A stretch of DNA of 64,000 nt from Octopus vulgaris. Taxonomy: Eukaryota. The notes beneath the pieces were generated by a model that was given only the letters and a program-made list of their open reading frames with translations, ran no database searches and was not told the DNA's origin. The position numbers and the translations under genes were made by a program. The stretch is taken from contig OX597816.1 of NCBI GenBank assembly GCA_951406725.2, positions 51,894,001-51,958,000 of the forward strand. Reading direction: 5' to 3'. Shown here piece by piece: positions 29,085 through 41,446 of the stretch (its first letter is position 1; each line of letters starts with the position of its first letter).

Positions 29085-29743
29085 CTGAAAGTGACAGAAA
29101 ATTGAGCACAGAATCTACAAATTTTGCTAAGAGCTTCGAGATACCTACTGAAAGGCCTACACAAGGTTTTCAAAAGGTTTTCATCGTTCTCTACACAATC
29201 ACGGAGAATTTGTGCAACTGAAACACGACAGACACGTGTCTCATATCAAAATCTTCAGTGATAATGGAATGAATTGAACCGAAACTAACCTGCACATCCT
29301 CTGATACCTCACGGATGGTGATTCGACGATTTCCCCTCATAGATGCACGCACAACTACGAGGTTTTTCGCAGTTCTGCTGGTTGCAGGTCTCCCAGACCG
29401 TTCGTCAATATCGACATTTTTTCGACCATCTTGGAAACGTCTGTACCACTCACACACTTGTATGCGGCTCATACTCTCCTCTCGATGCACCTTCTTCAAC
29501 TTTCCGAAGGTCTCTGAGCAGATATCGCCATGACAACTTTCTCTGTCATGGTTAATGCGAATTTCAGACGCTTCACACCTTCATTCCAAATACTGCTATA
29601 AATAGCGGAAGTGAGCTAGAACGTTAAAAATTAGTGCGCAGGTACAACAGCGTTCAGGATCGGTCTTTTTCAAGCGGCTGTAGTCTGCGTGCCATAGCAC
29701 CCTTACTATGGCAACAGTCTGGATACCTGTTGATCAGACTTCG
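29085..29743 (-). mobile_element. Mariner 5' fragment (TIR plus HTH region)
   Basis: TA-CGAAGTCTGATCAACAGGTATCC terminus; ORF with MSRIQVCEWYRRFQDGRKNVDIDERSGRP and NRRITIREV. Same family as 34049-34700. Confidence 0.8.
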
Positions 29744-29754
29744 TATATGATTTA

Positions 29755-29914
29755 TACAACGAGCCTTCTGCAGTTTCAGTTCACCAAATCAAATTACAAG
29801 GCTTTGGCCGATCTAGGGTTACATGATGAGTCACTTTCCCAAGGTGCTACGCAGTGAAACTGAACCCGGAACCACATGTTTGGGAAGCAAGCTTCTTACC
29901 ACATAGTCACGCCT
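29755..29914 (-). mobile_element. SINE family A head fragment
   Basis: Degenerate tRNA-like head and CORE-like segment. Confidence 0.7.
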
Positions 29915-30567
29915 GAAATATCTACGTGAATTTTAAAAAATTCGTAGAATTCCGTAATTATTGATTAAACAAGAAAGTTTTCTTTTTCGTAAATTTAATT
30001 AAACTATAAATATTCAATATTTTTACATTTACTACAAATGAAATAGTGTTTTATTGCAGATATAAATAGATTCATTGTTGGCAACGAAGATAGAATATAC
30101 GATATTTTGCTATTCTAAATTAATTACAAAAACAAATATAGAAAACGGCGTTAGAATTTGCTCTTTAAAATTAGCCTCCGGAATAGTTCAGATTCCAAGA
30201 TAAATCTTTGTAAATGCGTAAATGCATGGAAAAATATAATACGAATATAGATACGAAATATTACTAGTTAATATGCAAGTCTGATAAACACCAGGAATAC
30301 ATAATGTAACTGTATTATACATGTGCACACAAATAAGAAGGAAACGATAAAAATATATCTGCACTGAAGTTTTATTCATCTTAGTTAATGAAACTAACTA
30401 TTTTCATCTTTTGCGGCATTTAATTTACTCTTTTAGTTCTCACACAAAGCACACACAAATGTGCAAACATATACACCTACTCCCACTTGCACATGCACAC
30501 GCACGTGTATGTATATATATATACACACACATACATACAGAAACGGACATATATATTTATATGTTGT

Positions 30568-30872
30568 GGAGGCGCAATGGCCCACTGGTTAGGGCAGCGG
30601 ACTCGCGGTCGTAGGATCGCGGTTTCGATTCCCAGACCGGGCGTTGTGAGTGTTTATTGAGCGAAAATACCTAAAAGCTCCACGAGGCTCCAGCAGGGGG
30701 TGGTGATCCCTGCTGTACTCTTTCACCACTCTTTCTTTCATTCTTTCTTCTGTTGGCCTGCTCGCTTAGCCAGCGGTGTGGCATCATTCGAAGGCTAAAA
30801 CAATGCGAAGTGCATTGTGACCAGCGATGTGTAACAACATTTGATGGTCTGGTCGGTCACGTGATCACGTGA
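30568..30872 (+). mobile_element. SINE family C
   Basis: GGAGGCGCAATGGCCCACTGGTTAGGGCAGCGGACTCGCGG head. Confidence 0.85.
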
Positions 30873-31001
30873 TATTTATATATGTATATATCGATATAAG
30901 TATATATGTATATGTATTTGTGTATATATATATATATATATACAAATAAATGTTTCTGTCTGCGTGTATCTGTGTGTGTGTGTGTGCGTGTATCTTTTAT
31001 C

Positions 31002-31270
31002 TACTCTTTTACTCTTTTATTTGTTTCAGTCATTTGACTGCGGCCATGCAGGAGCACCGCCTGTAGTCGAAGAATTCGACACCAGGACTTATTGTTTGTA
31101 AGCCTAGTACTCATTCTATCGGTCACTTCTGCCGAACCGCTAAGTTACGGGGACGTAAACACACCAGCATCGGTTGTCAAGAGATGCTGGGGGACAAACA
31201 CAGACGCACAAACATACACACACACATGCATACATACATACACATATATATATATACATATATATATATA

Positions 31271-31338
<68 letters not shown>

Positions 31339-31720
31339 TATATATACGACGGGCTTATTTCAGTTTCCGTCTACCAAATCCACTCACAAGGCTTTGGTCG
31401 GCCCGAGGCTATAGTAGAAGACACTTGCCAGGGTGCCACGCAGTGGGATTGAACCCGGAACAATGTGGATGGTAAGCAAGCTACTTACCACACACCCACT
31501 CCTGTTTTTCCTTTATCATTTACTTGTTTCAATCATTCGATTGCGGCAATGCTGGAGTACCACCTTGAATTTTTAGTTTAATTAATCGACCTCAGCACTC
31601 ATTTTTTAATCCTTGTACGAAATCTATTGATCGCTTTTGCCGAATCGATAAGTTACGGAGGTGCAAGCACACCAACATCAGTTGTCAAGCGGTGGTGGTG
31701 GGACAAATACAGACAGAAAA
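31002..31720 (-). mobile_element. SINE family A (31002-31503) plus an adjacent diverged partial copy
   Basis: Same family as 2438-2840. Confidence 0.85.
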
Positions 31721-32069
31721 ACAGTTACATATAGATATACTTGTATATATATATATATAACCTAGTGAGCGCTAAATATGTGGAAGACACGGAAATGGAA
31801 AAAATGAAATTAAACCTGTCGCTTAAGCTTATCCCTCTTACCAACAAAATGAGTACGTGGAAATTATTATTCACGCTACAAGCGAATTGATTCCACAGAT
31901 TCGATGGAAAGCATGTATGTATGTACAGAATTGAATGTTGAGAAAAAAAAGTAGTCAGAATTTTGGAAAAAATCCTTTAAGTTGAAATTTAGAGGAAAAC
32001 ATAAGACGAAGACAGATGTATGAACAACAAGCAAGTGTATTAGTTTAACGCTCGGGAAAATGAGAATGT

Positions 32070-32105
32070 CTTTCACGTTTCGAGCCTACGCTCTTCAACA
32101 GAAAG
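32070..32105 (-). ncRNA. Minimal hammerhead-like motif with variant core (CUGUUGA)
   Basis: Minus strand CTTT-CTGTTGA-A-GAGC-GTAG-GCTC-GAAAC-GTG-AAAG. A truncated inverted copy lies at 32201-32220 (+), and the flanks are homologous to 1960-2070. Confidence 0.5.
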
Positions 32106-32288
32106 GAACAAGAGAAAATAAACAGAGTGAGAATCAAAATATTTGTAGATTTCATCAGTCCAGCATGGTGAATATATATATATATGTATATTCTATATTC
32201 CTTTCTGTTGAAGAGCGTAGCTTTATGTTTATAAGTGTTTTGTTTTTTAAACCATAAATCTGTCCTCAAATACAGTCCAAAGGCTGTA

Positions 32289-33512
32289 TTAGTTTGTCCG
32301 CAAAGTTCTGAGCGTTTTAAAGCTAAATATTTTAACACACCTGACACGTAACACAGTTAAATCTTTGGTGTTGCATGAAGTGGAAGTGCATCTGTTGTTC
32401 GATCCTGACTAAAAGTAGATTTATCATTCTGTTTACCTTCTATTGATATTTGAAATGGATAACCAAAACTTTCATATTTGCGTTGTAATGCTTTCCGTTT
32501 TCAAAATAAGAGAAAATCCTGCAAAATAACAGAAAATTGCGAAGTTTATGGTGACGATGTTGGAGGTGAATCAACTGTTCGGAGGTTGTTTTCTAAATTT
32601 AAAGCTGGGGAGTTAGTTTTGAAGATGACAGTCGCAGTGGAAGACCTTCAGAACTGGATGAAGATGTTTTGAAGACAAAAATCGAAAGAAACTCAAATAT
32701 CACGCCTTGCAGAGGAGTTAGAAGTTTATAAAACTACGGCTCATGAATACCTAATGAGGCTAGAATACATTTCTCGCTCTTGTGTATGGGTCCCTCGCAA
32801 ACTCCCAGACAAGAATTGTTAGGGCTAGTATTCCGTTTGTGATATGCTTTTGAAACGGAATGAAAGCATTCTTTTTTTGAAACAACTTGTGACTGGAGAT
32901 GTAAAATTGATTGAATACAAAAACCTAATGCGAAAAACATCCTGGAGCAACCAAAGACGAATATCCATGCCAAAAAAGCTATGCTTTGTGTTTGGTGGGA
33001 TCATAAAGGTATTACTTATTATGAGTTTCTCCCACAAAATCACACCATTAATTCTGATGTATACTATCGTCAGCTGGCTAATTTGAACCAAAAACATCAA
33101 AGAATTGAGGCCGGATATTGCCAAAAGGAAAGGAGTATTGTTTCAGAAAGACAATGCCCAACCACATGTGTCTTTGGCTACCAAAACAAAGTTACATGAC
33201 CTTGGCCAGAATCTATTATCCCATCCACCATATTCTCCTGATATTGCGCCATCCAACTATCATGTGTTTTTGTATCAATAGAACTCTTTGCAACGAAAAG
33301 CATTTAAAGATTTAGATGGAGTCAAAATGCATCTAGATAACCGCTTTGTTCTTCAAAACCAGTCAAATCTTATGCTGATGGAATATTTAAATTGCCTGCT
33401 AGATGAGAAAAGGTCATAATAATAATGGAAACTATTTCATTGAATAATATCTATTTCATTGAATAATATCAATTATCTATATTCTTTTTTGCATATTAAA
33501 AACGCTCAGAAC
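32289..33512 (+). mobile_element. Degenerate near-full-length mariner
   Basis: TIR core GTTCTGAGCGTTTT / AAAACGCTCAGAAC; fragments LVTGD, MLCVWWDHKGITYYEFL and HPPYSPDIAPSNYH. Confidence 0.9.
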
Positions 33513-33880
33513 ATATATATAAATATAAATACATATATACAAATATATACATATGAATATGCAAGCGCATACATACACATACAGAAACACGTACACACAC
33601 ACACATTACCATATATATATATACATATACACTCATGCACACACATACCTTTTATATATATATATATATATATATGTGAAATAGAAAGATGAATAATCTT
33701 GTAGCAGATTAATCAAAAGTTTAACCGATACCTTGGTAGCAAAAATCACAGCAGAAGACAGCACGGTTGGAGGTACAACCATATGGTGTTGCAACCGTGC
33801 GTTGGTGCGGATAATTGAATTTTAATATTATTAGTGAATTGAAGAAATGGAGCTGAACGAAGATTGAACAGAAATCGTTT

Positions 33881-33973
33881 TATTTCATTCTACACGTGTT
33901 TCGAAAGGCACAATTTACCAAAATCCGATTGAATAATGAGACCATATTGTGTCTTTCTCTTCAGGAAGAAATA
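33881..33973 (-). ncRNA. Canonical type I hammerhead ribozyme
   Basis: Minus strand: stem I TATTTCTTC/GAA(T)GAAATA; core CTGAAGA; 12-bp stem II GAAAGACACAAT/ATTGTGCCTTTC with 1 mismatch; GAAA; stem III palindrome ACACGTGT; GUA cleavage triplet. Confidence 0.85.
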
Positions 33974-34048
33974 GGAAATCCGTTGGAAAAAACAAAAACA
34001 GAACAGAGGCGGAGCTCAATTCACTATATATATATATATATATATATA

Positions 34049-34700
34049 TGATCAGCAACTATCCGGACCGTTGCCACAGTAACGAAGTTAAAATTGCAGA
34101 GTGAAGTCGCTGGGCAAATATTGAACATAAACTCTGGTGTGTAAGCGCACTAAGTTTTAACGTTCTACCTCAATTCTGCTGTTTACAGCAGTGTTTGTAA
34201 GGAAGGTGTGTATCGTGTGATCGTCGCATTGAGCATGACAGAGAAAGTTATCATTGCGCCACCCGGTCAAAGGCCTACTCAAAGTTACAGAAAGTGTATG
34301 GAGTGGAAAGTATGGCCGCATACAAATGCTCGAGGGGTTCAGACGTTTCCAGATGGCCGCAAAAATGTCTACATTGACGAACGTTCTGGGAGGCACACAG
34401 CCGGCAGAACTGAGAAAATCATTCACAGATGTGAGAGCAGCTGTGGGGGGAAATCGTTGAATCACCATCCGTATGTTATCAGAGGAATTGCAGATAAGTT
34501 ATGGTTCAGTTCAGTCCATTATCACTGAAGATTGCGTATGAGACACGTGTCTGCCAAGGTTATTCCAAAATTGCATTCAGCAGACCTAAGAGAAACTCGG
34601 GTTTCAGTTGCACAAAATCGTAATTTTGACGAAAACAATGAAAATTTTTTGAAAACTTTGCGTATGAATTCCTCAAAATGAGGATGGATTTATGGCTTTG
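34049..34700 (+). mobile_element. Mariner 5' fragment, same family as 29085-29743
   Basis: GATCAGCAACTATCCGGACCGTTGCC terminus remnant; DGRKNVYIDERSGR HTH linker. Confidence 0.75.
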
Positions 34701-35059
34701 ACATTTGTACTACCCTTCCCTTTATCTATAAATAGAAACAATTCCTGTTTGTCTCCATTCAATCAAGGATAAAAAAACTCCTTTCCCACTGACAGATCTA
34801 AATAACAGAGTGAACTCAATGATAAAATCTACAGACGGAGAATGAACATACTACTATCATGTTCTTAAGAATGAAATTAACCTCACTGTCTATATGTGTA
34901 CCCTTTTTATGATGTTGGCAAATGAAATAGGGATAAGAATGTGCATTGTCCGTTTAATTGGAAAATTCTATATATGGCTGAAGATTGTTCGACACCTTAA
35001 AACTAATGTAATACTTACAGTGTTTAATAAAATGAAGTAGCATGAAACAATCGTACTAC

Positions 35060-35122
<63 letters not shown>

Positions 35123-35191
35123 TGTGAGTGTGTGTGTGTGTGTTTGTATCAATATATGTATATGCTTATATGTATGAATGTATATTTATGT

Positions 35192-35400
35192 CAAGCTGGC
35201 AGAAACGTTAGCACGCCGGGCGAAATGCGCAGCCGTATTTCGTCGCCGTCACGTTCTGAGTTCAAATTCCGCCGAGGTCGACTTTGCCTTTCATCCTTTC
35301 GGGGTCGATAAATTAAGTACCAATTACGCACTGGGGTCAATATAATCGACTTAATCCGTTTGTCTGTCCTTGTTTGTCCCCTTGTGGGTAGTAAAGAAAT
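35192..35400 (+). mobile_element. tRNA-derived SINE family B
   Basis: AGCTGGCAGAAACGTTAGCACGCCGGGCGAAATGCG...GAGTTCAAATTCC (B box)...CTTGTGGGTAGTAAAGAAATA. Confidence 0.85.
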
Positions 35401-36111
35401 AATACTTATGTATGGATTAAAATATATATGAACTATTTTGCATTAACGCAGTTGAAAGTTGTACCAGGTTTTATGTGTGTATGCAAGGTTGTATTTGTTT
35501 TTGTACCCACCATTTGACAATCAGTTTCGCTTCGTTTGCATGGGTGAAATCTAACGATTTGGTATAAAGACTCCAATATTATAAGCATCGGGCTTAAAAA
35601 AAAAAACTATACTTTCCTCGGATTCAAATCCTTGAAGGCGGTTCCCACGCTTGACCTCAATCAACGAAGTTACCTACTCCTGATTGATCGTGTAAGAGTA
35701 TTTTCTAATGAATCTGAGCTACTCCGTACAACAAGGCTATAGCTATTGAATTATCGGTATAATCCACCCGACTGCCATTAATTACGGCAAATTAATTTCA
35801 CTCATAATTAATGGGTCGACTCCAAGCTTTTGCAAAGGATATTTTCCCAAGAACAAACGTTGTGGCATTTGACTTGGGACTTCAGTTTGGGATGTAACGT
35901 TCTTAACCATTCACATACACATACTCACGCACATCCCCACACATTTGTACACATACATGCACACAAACACACGCACACACTCACACACACATTCACATAC
36001 CTATTCACAGCTCAAGCCCCATGTGAACGAAAATGCACTTCAAAAGTAGTCAACACATTTGTTCGGCTCAAGGACTAAGGATATGTCTGTATAGAAGAGT
36101 GTGTGCGTGTT

Positions 36112-36178
<67 letters not shown>

Positions 36179-36540
36179 GTGTGTGTATACACGCACACAC
36201 ATGCATTTGTAATTACATGCTCATATAAATCCACTGCAATGCGCACAGCCAGACAAACGTAGTACATGCACATACACATACACAGGAACGGTAATCAACC
36301 AAAAGGATTTTAAAATACAGCGTGTTGTAAAAAGAGGAGTATGAAGAAGTAAAAATCACAAAATAATAGATAAGCTCCACGTCAGAATGAAGGAGGTGGC
36401 GGAAGAAGATAATGATAATTGTGATTTTCAATAAATTAATCAATGATTCATACATTTTATTTTAGCATACTAAGTGATTGAGAAAAAAATACATATAATA
36501 TTTAGTACATCAAGTATTATTATTATTATTATCATCATCA

Positions 36541-36587
<47 letters not shown>

Positions 36588-37423
36588 GTTAATAGTAATT
36601 GCTTTTTCATTTCATTCAACCATTAAGTTTTAACTTCTTTTGGGGGGGTTTTCTGCCTTCATATAGTGAACAGTGAACGGATTTTAATTTTAATTTGGAA
36701 TTTAATTCAACAAATAAATAAATTGTTTCAATTTTGTTTTCTGTCGTTACTTCTAAGATGAAATGATGAAATGGAGAGTTAAAAAGTACACATGTATATA
36801 TACATGGATACGCAGAAAGCAAACTACTTCTAGATATATAGATATGTGTGTGTGTGTGTGTGTATATATATGTGACTACGTGTGCATGTGTATGTACGAG
36901 CGCGTGTGTGTGTATGTGCATGCATATATGTATGTTGAAGACGATCGACAATTTATCGATGAAGAAATTTTAAATCTGTAATTCAGATTAAGCGCACAGC
37001 ATCACGATATCGCGTTGATTTATAACTGTTTCGTATTAGTTGTTACATAATATACTTATTGATGGTTGAGTTACTGTTTCGTTGGCTGCATTCCTTCACA
37101 GAAATTGTTCTTGTTGTTTGCGCACCGAGTTCAAATTCCGTCGATGTTTATTTTGCCGTTCATCCTTTCGAAGTATATAAATAAATAGCAGTCAGATACT
37201 GAATCAAATTCTCCGCTTTCTTTTATTCTGTTTGTCTCTTTCATTCAGGAGATTGGCTATTTTAGATCTGGAGAAATTTGCATGATCCTATCTGATTTCT
37301 AAATAAATATATATGTATATATACACAAGTACACACATACACCTCCCGTATGCCACACATATACTTATGAATTTATACATGCATGCATATACATGTATTA
37401 TATAAATATATATATATATATAT

Positions 37424-37762
37424 AAACAAGGACAACGTTTCACAGTAAAACACAACTTCACATGCGCATCAGAAAACCTAGTATATGTCTTAACTTGCTC
37501 GGGCTGTAATGAACACTACATAGGCCAAACAAAAAATAGCCTCCGCCAACGCATGACTGTCCACAGATCCCAAATAAAAATACAGGAATATAGAAAAATA
37601 GCATTTAGTGCACATATTGATACCTGTGCCGCACAACTCCATCCCAATTTTAGAATCTTTCCCCTCTACAAATTTAAAGACAATGCCACTCATACCCAGC
37701 GAATAACCATGGAATCCCACCTTATTAATAAATACAGACCACTTCTAAACACATGCCCCTAA
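37424..37762 (+). pseudogene. Penelope-type GIY-YIG endonuclease domain (open frame, no start)
   Basis: In-frame extension of ORF 37553: FTCASENLVYVLTCSGCNEHYIGQTKNSLRQRMTVHRSQI...RITMESHLINKYRPLLN. LVY/YIG motifs, conserved R, E and N, and CxxC are present. Confidence 0.9.
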
Positions 37763-38246
37763 CACGAACCCACAACAAACACACTTACACCTGCACACCC
37801 CCTACACACACCTTTACCCAGATATTAACACCATGACACACACAAATATATGGTTCCACACATACACATAATTGAATACGGGTGCAAAACATCCAACACT
37901 ATTTTTTGGAAATGGCTGTAAATATTGACTTCACACAAATACGTTGCTTCCCGATACAGGCACAAGGCCAGCAGAACTACAAATATTGAAAATTGTACCC
38001 ACACACACACACATATATACACGCGCGCGCGCCCCAACATACATATAAACAGACACACGCGCGCGCGCGCGCACACACACATACATACATACAGCTCTCC
38101 CTGTTCTAAACGAACTTACTTATCCAGTCAAGCGGAAAATACACTCCCTAACTACGCGCTAAAAAGCTATTTAAAATATCCACATGACGTCTACTGACCA
38201 GCCTGAACAATAAGAATTTTCAACAACACTATTTTCGAAAATTCTA

Positions 38247-38457
38247 AACATTCACGTGACCTCTTTATTATGGCCAATAAGAAATTTTAGGCGGGACACT
38301 AGCCAAATTTTAACTTCTCTGGAGCCTTTTTTCTTACCCCAACACCAACTTCCATTCAAACATTCACGTGACCCCTTCATAATGACCAATCAAAATTTTA
38401 GGCGCGAAACCAAGCAAATCCAAAACAACTCTGGAGCCTCTTTTTTTCACATATAAG
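38247..38457 (+). promoter_or_regulatory. Tandem 112-bp module with E-box, CCAAT and E2F/GC-like sites, then a TATA-like box (putative pLTR promoter)
   Basis: TCACGTGA at 38252 and 38364; CCAAT at 38274 and 38386; GGCGGGA at 38290 and GGCGCGAAA at 38401; TATAAG at 38452. Confidence 0.45.
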
Positions 38458-38483
38458 AGACATACTCTAATCTCTCTTTTATA

Positions 38484-38520
38484 TTTTGATAAGCATAACA
38501 AATGCGCAACCGGTAAAAAG
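38484..38520 (+). ncRNA. Degenerate hammerhead-like motif at the PLE 3' end
   Basis: TTGATAA (U3-A8 covariant core)-GCAT-AACAA-ATGC-GCAA-CCGG-TA-AAAAG. A13 is mutated and stem I is weak. Confidence 0.4.
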
Positions 38521-38582
38521 AACTTTCACCGAATTAAATTACTTAAATTACTTCAATTATTTGTCAGCATTTTCTTCATTTC

Positions 38583-38633
<51 letters not shown>

Positions 38634-38661
38634 CTATCTATGTATTTATGTATACAAATAT

Positions 38662-39187
38662 ATGAGGCGCATACAAGTTGGAACCATAAACTCAGAAAAA
38701 TACATCGAAATACTTAAGCGAGGACTACTTCCGAAGTATTCACACAATAACATAACGAAAAATGCGATTTTATTCCTGGAAGATGGGGCTCTATACCACA
38801 CAGCGAAAAGGAATCTACAATGGCTGACTGAAAATGGGATCAAAAAGCTTCCTTGGCCGAGCCAATCTCCTGACATGAACCCAATTGAAAATCTTTGGAG
38901 CATACTAGATAGAGCTATATGGAAAACTCGACAGAAACCTAAATCTAACGATGACATGTTTCGATTGTTGCGTGAAAACTGGGCAGAAATTTCACAAGAG
39001 ACAATTACAAAGCTCATCAGTTCAATGCCAAAAAGAGTTTCTGAATTAAAAACAGCAAAGAACATTTTTAAAAAGTTACTAAAGTATGTAGCCCTAATAT
39101 CGATTACATTTCAATTGTTCGCTTTGCGTATTAAATAAAAGTTTTTGAATATTAAAGGTGTCTATTTACTTCCTGCATGTCTGTGTA
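38662..39187 (+). mobile_element. Tc1-type (DD34E) transposase C-terminal fragment
   Basis: LFLEDGALYH and LPWPSQSPDMNPIENLW motifs. Confidence 0.88.
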
Positions 39188-39283
39188 TACACACACACAC
39201 ACGCATATATATATATATGACTGCGTGTGTACCGTTGGCGATTTTTTTTCCTCTGCCCTTCTCTGGATCTTTCCTTCTCCTAT

Positions 39284-39318
39284 GTTTCCGACGAAGAGCT
39301 CTGCTCGAAACGTTCAAC
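39284..39318 (+). ncRNA. Minimal hammerhead-like motif within a ~190-bp (TA)n-flanked element (39219-39411)
   Basis: GTTT-CCGACGA-A-GAGC-TCT-GCTC-GAAAC-GTT-CAAC. The element is homologous to 59873-60062. Confidence 0.6.
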
Positions 39319-39459
39319 CCTCCTTCTTTCCTGAGCGTCCAATAATACTATATTTGTTTCACGTCCTCGCGTTGTTGTGTTTTTTTTGTGCTTTCTTGTT
39401 TGGATTAACTTTATATACATATATATATATTTATATAGATACGTCGCCTCTCGACCCCC

Positions 39460-39738
39460 CAAACAGAACAATTAAACAAAAGATTCAATGAGCACAGATA
39501 TGACCTCAGACGCAATAACAATTGTTCGACAGAATTTGCCAAACATACTACATCAAACAGCTGCAATTTTGAAAAACACTTCGCAGTGCATTTTTTCAGA
39601 AAATATTCTGAATCTGTTACACATTCAGTCCTCAAAATGCATGAGGCAAAATATATTTGTGAGTTATTAACAACAGGACCTGGAGGGAGGAATGTTACAG
39701 GGGAATTTTATCATATTTACACGAAACTGTTTGATTAA
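39460..39738 (+). pseudogene. Second Penelope-type GIY-YIG C-terminal fragment (absent from the ORF track)
   Basis: Hand translation: QTEQLNKRFNEHRYDLRR...FAKH...HEAKYICELLTTGPGGRN, resembling GQT..L.KRF..HR and E..WI..L.T..P.GLN. Confidence 0.65.
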
Positions 39739-39799
39739 ATATTCTTCTTTCTTTTCTTTGTTTTTCTGTTTTCATTCTTTTCTTTTTGCCAGTTATTAC

Positions 39800-39874
<75 letters not shown>

Positions 39875-39949
39875 CATCATCATTATTATTATTATTATTA
39901 TCTACAGATTTGGACCAATCCTTTTTAATGTGTTCATCTTCAATACTTA

Positions 39950-41150
39950 GTCTGTTTGCCTATCACATTTATATCATTATTACATTTGCTTTTATTTAGC
40001 TTAGCTAAAAAAGAATGCTTAATGCATTTACTTCTATTTAAATATAAATTTTTATTATATTTCCTATTACGTTCCATCTTATCTAATATTTTATCATTTT
40101 CGGGAACTTTATTATTATTTTGATTCTGGATATAGTAAATTTATCGTTATATCCAGCTTCAATTAATGCATAGCCATAGTAATTTTGATTTTATATAGAT
40201 ACATCCTCATTAGTGTAAACTCTCGAAATACTAAAAGGTATATTTGTAATGATATAATTTATTAAGCTACTTGGATGATTAGAAGTTTTATCTAGATATT
40301 TTAAGTACTCATTTGGCTTATGATATGGTTGGTATAGTTCAGTATTTAAATCAAGTGTAACATCAAAGAGGTTAACCTTAGTAAAGACATTTCCCATAGC
40401 TATAGATAGACCGAGCTGCTTAAAGAATTTGAAAAGACTTTTTCTGGACCTTTCTAGATTAACCTTATTAGATTTATACATAGTTAATAGAGCGTTATTT
40501 CTATATAATTCATCTCCTAATTTGAGAGATTCTCTCTGTATACAATAAAGGATACAAACAACTTCTAAGTCGGTTATTTGGGCCGATTCACTGGACCATA
40601 TAAAGATATCGATATAATCAGGTTTATCATTTCTAATCTGCTACTTTCCATCGAATTCATTTATGGTTATCCTAACCGTTAGTATTATATCGACCTCACG
40701 TTTGGATAACTCTTAATTCTTCATAGCGAAAATTAATGCTTTATTCATTAGAAGAGAGCTGATGGATGTGTAATAATTAGAAACATCCAACTGAATAAAT
40801 TTCGTATGTTTTTTATCCTTAATGTTAATGGACCAATCAATAACATCCAAGGAATTAGACCATAAAGATAAATTAGTATTGTTTAAGCTTATGAATATGT
40901 TTATCAATAATATATTTGTTAATCTTACCAATATCTGATTTCGATGGCCACATTAATTTAACTTGTCGATCAGTATTAAAATTGGGTTTGTGATCATTTA
41001 GATCAGTTCCGAGTGTTTTGAAAGTGACAGGTTCAGTTCGATCTTCAACTTGCCGATCATCAACTATGTCTTTCACAATTAACTCAAGGTTTAGTAAGTA
41101 TTCTTTGGCGGCAAATTTATAATCCTTTGTACTTTGTACTTTTTGTTTAA
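39950..41150 (-). pseudogene. Degenerate Penelope-like reverse transcriptase
   Basis: LNDHKPNFN..QVKLMWPSKSDIGKI, FIQLDVSNYYTSIS, ELYRNNAL (decayed GLYRDDAL) and VNLFDVTLDL..YQPYHKP..Y....SNHP. Confidence 0.8.
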
Positions 41151-41318
41151 TTAAAGAGAAGTCTCATTCCAGTTCAATATATATATATATATATATATAT
41201 GACGGCGGCCATGCTGCAGCGCCGACTTTAGTCGGTAGAAAACACTTGCTGAAAGTGCCAGCAGTGGAACTGAATCCAAAACTATGTGGTCGGGAAGCAA
41301 GCTTCCTACGACACAGCC

Positions 41319-41446
<128 letters not shown>

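Larger units (their letters stand above)
37424..38587 (+). mobile_element. 5'-truncated Penelope-like element (GIY-YIG endonuclease plus pLTR), flanked by (TA)n
   Basis: Starts right after (TA)n and ends at (TA)n. Contains a GIY-YIG ORF, a duplicated promoter-like module and a terminal HHR-like motif. Confidence 0.8.
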
